From NCBI GenBank assembly GCA_039621445.1, contig CP154954.1:8744634-8808633 (forward strand): DNA of 64,000 nucleotides. The letters are read 5' to 3'. The notes under the pieces were generated by a model. The model saw nothing but the letters and a program-made list of their open reading frames with translations. It had not been told where the DNA came from and did not search any database. How positions within the stretch are numbered: the stretch's first letter is position 1; each line of letters opens with the position of its first letter. Shown here piece by piece: positions 60,994-64,000 of the stretch. A program made the translations under genes and the position numbers. The DNA comes from Euglena gracilis. Lineage: Eukaryota.

Positions 60994-62623
60994 GGGGGGT
61001 CACCGCAGGAGGAGGTTCGAGCCGGCAATGGACCTGTCCCCGGGACAAAGAGGTTGGGCACGGCAAGGGGGCGGCCCAAAGTCTCATTACCCCGCCCCCC
61101 CTATGTCCAACGACCTCGAATTTCAACCTCGAATTTCCTCGACCCCTCCCCCCTCAAGGGGTGGCATAAAAACCCTCCTCGAACGACCTCGAACGACAGT
61201 GGGGGGCAATTAGAGAGGTGAAGGTACCCCCCCCCCTATGTCCAACGACCACCCCCCCCCGGTCAGAGGACACCTTTTCGGAGATTTGGCCAATTTTTTG
61301 GTCCCGGCGTGAAGCGCCGGGACGAAAAATTTTGCCCAAAAATTGGCCAAAAAATTGGCCAAAATGCCATTTTTGACACTTTTTGGACAAAAATTTGTCA
61401 AAATTGCCCAAAATTTTCGGCGCAAAGCGCCGGAAGGGAAAATTTGACCTTATTTGGGGGGTAGCGTCCCGATTACCTGCCAACATTTTTTTGACCCCAT
61501 GTCCAACGACCACCCCCCCCCGGTCGGAGGACAGAGAGACAATCCATTGCTGTGGATTGAAGAATTTCTGTAGAAATTTGTGATTGCTACAAGTCGATGT
61601 CAAGTTGGTTGTCGCAGTTGCCTGTGTCTGTGAGGTGAATGACAGCCCCCCAGCAGAGTTGGTACCTGCGTGCATGTGCAACAAATCAGGACTGGAGTGG
61701 TAATCCTCTGCATCCACATTCCCCCTTTGCTCCTCCAAGGGGGGATGATTAGTTTCTCTTGAAAACCCATTTTGCGCTGCGTGGGGGCTGGAGCAATGAT
61801 TGTCAAGGAATTTGTTTTAATGGTGATAAATTGTATCGTCTTCCTTGCAAACTGCAAAGCCAAAAAAGCAACCCAATGAGAACACTCGAGGCGCAAAACA
61901 AATAGGTAAGCCCAACGATAACCTGATTTGGGGAGAAATTGACAAAAAATTGGAAAAGCACACAGGATCTTGGTCCTTTTGTGATGCTAAAGATGTTGCA
62001 AAGGCAATGCTGCCCCACAGTAAAAGATTTGCCCAACTGAATGAAACCAGCACAAGCACTGTCCAGACCCACATCAAAGAACACCTGAATGAGCATGTAG
62101 GTTGCCACGTGGAAAGGCCGATCTGACCCATCTGGCACATTTTTCGTTGAGCGTTGGGACTGATCTTTTCTCAGTTTCCATGCTTTTGGCTGGAAGCCAA
62201 TGCTGACGCTTCTTGCAACCGCGCATCGGTTTCTTCCATTCGCGTTTTGGGTCTCCTTCACAGCAATCGAAGCACCGCCGGGACCTCCTCTCACCTGGCG
62301 AGGTACGCCTCCTGCAGCCACAGCATTGCCGACACAACATGCTGGCCCCTAATCATCTAATCATGTAGAATTTCACACCTGCGACAGGGGTGTGAGGGTG
62401 GGGTGGCAAACGGCTACGCATTTGCACCAGGAAACGGCTGGGCCTTAGTGGCCCCTGTGGCGAGTGAGGCGCCTGGGGAGCGCTTGCCCCTGGAGGGCGC
62501 AATATGGGCCGCGGGTGAATGAAAGGTTCATCGAAGATTGAAATTGATGGAACCTGAGAAGAACAAAGCCCGCCTGACCACAAATTGGTTTTCCACTTCC
62601 CCCTGGGCGGGCTAGCCTCCACA

Positions 62624-63782
62624 GCCGAGGATGATTGACAAAATCGTTGTATTTCGTGCGCCAGATATTGTCATTCGGGGTCTTCTTTTCTGGGTTTTGC
62701 AGTGGGGGGGGGGTCGGAAGTCTTGGAAAAGAAGCTTGGTCTCAAGATCTTTTAATGTGTCCACCCAGTCACTGCTACCCATGCGTAACTTACTGAGTCC
62801 TATTGTGGCCGTCCGCCTCTAAGCGGCCCTCTTCAACAAAGTGGTCAAATTGGGTGCAGCGGCAACGTCGGCGTTCTCAGGACACACATCAGAAGGATAA
62901 AATATTTTTACGGGGTACATAGTCAACTCTTTCCACCAAAGTATTTCCTATCACATTCTTAAGGTTTCTGGTTTTACTAAAAAAGAAAATACCATGAAGG
63001 TGGCCATGGGAACCATTCATTTAAATGATTATATACACATCAAAAAAATGTGCAAATGCAACATTCTATAGGACATTGTACTGCATTGTATGTAATTCTA
63101 TGTTATAAAATTATTCAATAATTATTTCGTGCATGCAACTTTTTGTTAAAGCATAATTCCAAACGCAACGACTTCGAATTCAGTGCAATTGTTATTGATA
63201 TCGTGTATGACAACATACATTTTTTCCTGATTCTGATCAGGTTTGATACAAAAACCAATTGTGTGTTTATGTATTGTTTGTTTATTGTATCCAAAGAAAT
63301 ATATTATTAAATCTTCAAATTTTACATCATCTTGTATTTTGATCATTTGTGAGTTGAGTAAATTTCCTTATTTCATGATGAAGCGATGGCTCGCAAAGCC
63401 ATGCCAATCCTGTAAAGCAGAATGTTGTTGTATGGTGTAAAATGAGTTAAATAAGGGTACGGTGTACCGCCGAGGATGATTGACAAAATCGTTGTACTTC
63501 GTGCGCCAGATCTTGTCATTCGGGGTCTTCTTTTCTGGGTTTTGCAGTGGGGGGGTCGGAAGTCTTGGAAAAGAAGCTTGGTCTCAAGATCTTCTAATGT
63601 GTCCACCCGGTCACTGCTACCCATGCGTAACTTACTGAGTCCTATTGTGGCCGTCCGCCTCTAAGCGGCCCTCTTCAACAAAGTGGTCAAATTGGGTGCA
63701 GTGGCAACGTCGGCGTTCTCAGGACACACATCAGAAGGATAAAATATTTTTACGGGGTACATAGTCAACTCTTTCCACCAAA
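62624..63782. repeat. ~315-bp direct duplication
   Basis: 62624-62941 is near-identical to 63469-63782; 62995-64000 is also homologous to ~54712-55620. Confidence 0.85.
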
Positions 63783-64000
63783 ATATTTATCCAGCTCGAA
63801 ACGTAGATCCACCATCCCAAAGGGCCACACAATTTGATGAAGGAGTCTCTTTGTTGCGATGTGTTGGGCCGGATCGGCCTCTCAAGAGTTTTGCTCCAAA
63901 GATTTGCATGATCAACAGTGTTGCACTGTCCCCAGCAAAGGTCAAACATTTTGTCATGTCATCAACGAAACCTTAGTTATCAACCCCTCTGGCACGCTTC

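Overview
Eukaryotic nuclear DNA, almost certainly from a euglenid (Euglena-like). Positions 1-47093 hold the middle of one + strand gene, midasin (MDN1/Rea1), running from the end of AAA5 through AAA6 and most of the helical linker. It is split into about 50 short GC-rich exons. Every intron junction I resolved by hand is a euglenid-type nonconventional (non GT-AG) intron: its ends base-pair, with +4..+6 (usually CAG) pairing with -8..-6 (usually CTG). The introns are packed with microsatellites and many families of non-autonomous DNA transposons (TA, 3-, 8- and 9-bp target-site duplications), often nested. The most striking element is a ~3-kb Mutator-like unit with a 9-bp TSD, present twice in opposite orientation. 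It carries GGCCGCGG subterminal repeats, a tRNA-Ser-like cassette, a 71-bp satellite containing a telomere-like motif, and a G-tract. After 47093 no further midasin exon is visible; the last ~17 kb is probably one giant intron containing a decayed Helitron-type helicase and duplicated repeats. Exon borders marked approximate were not resolved to the base.
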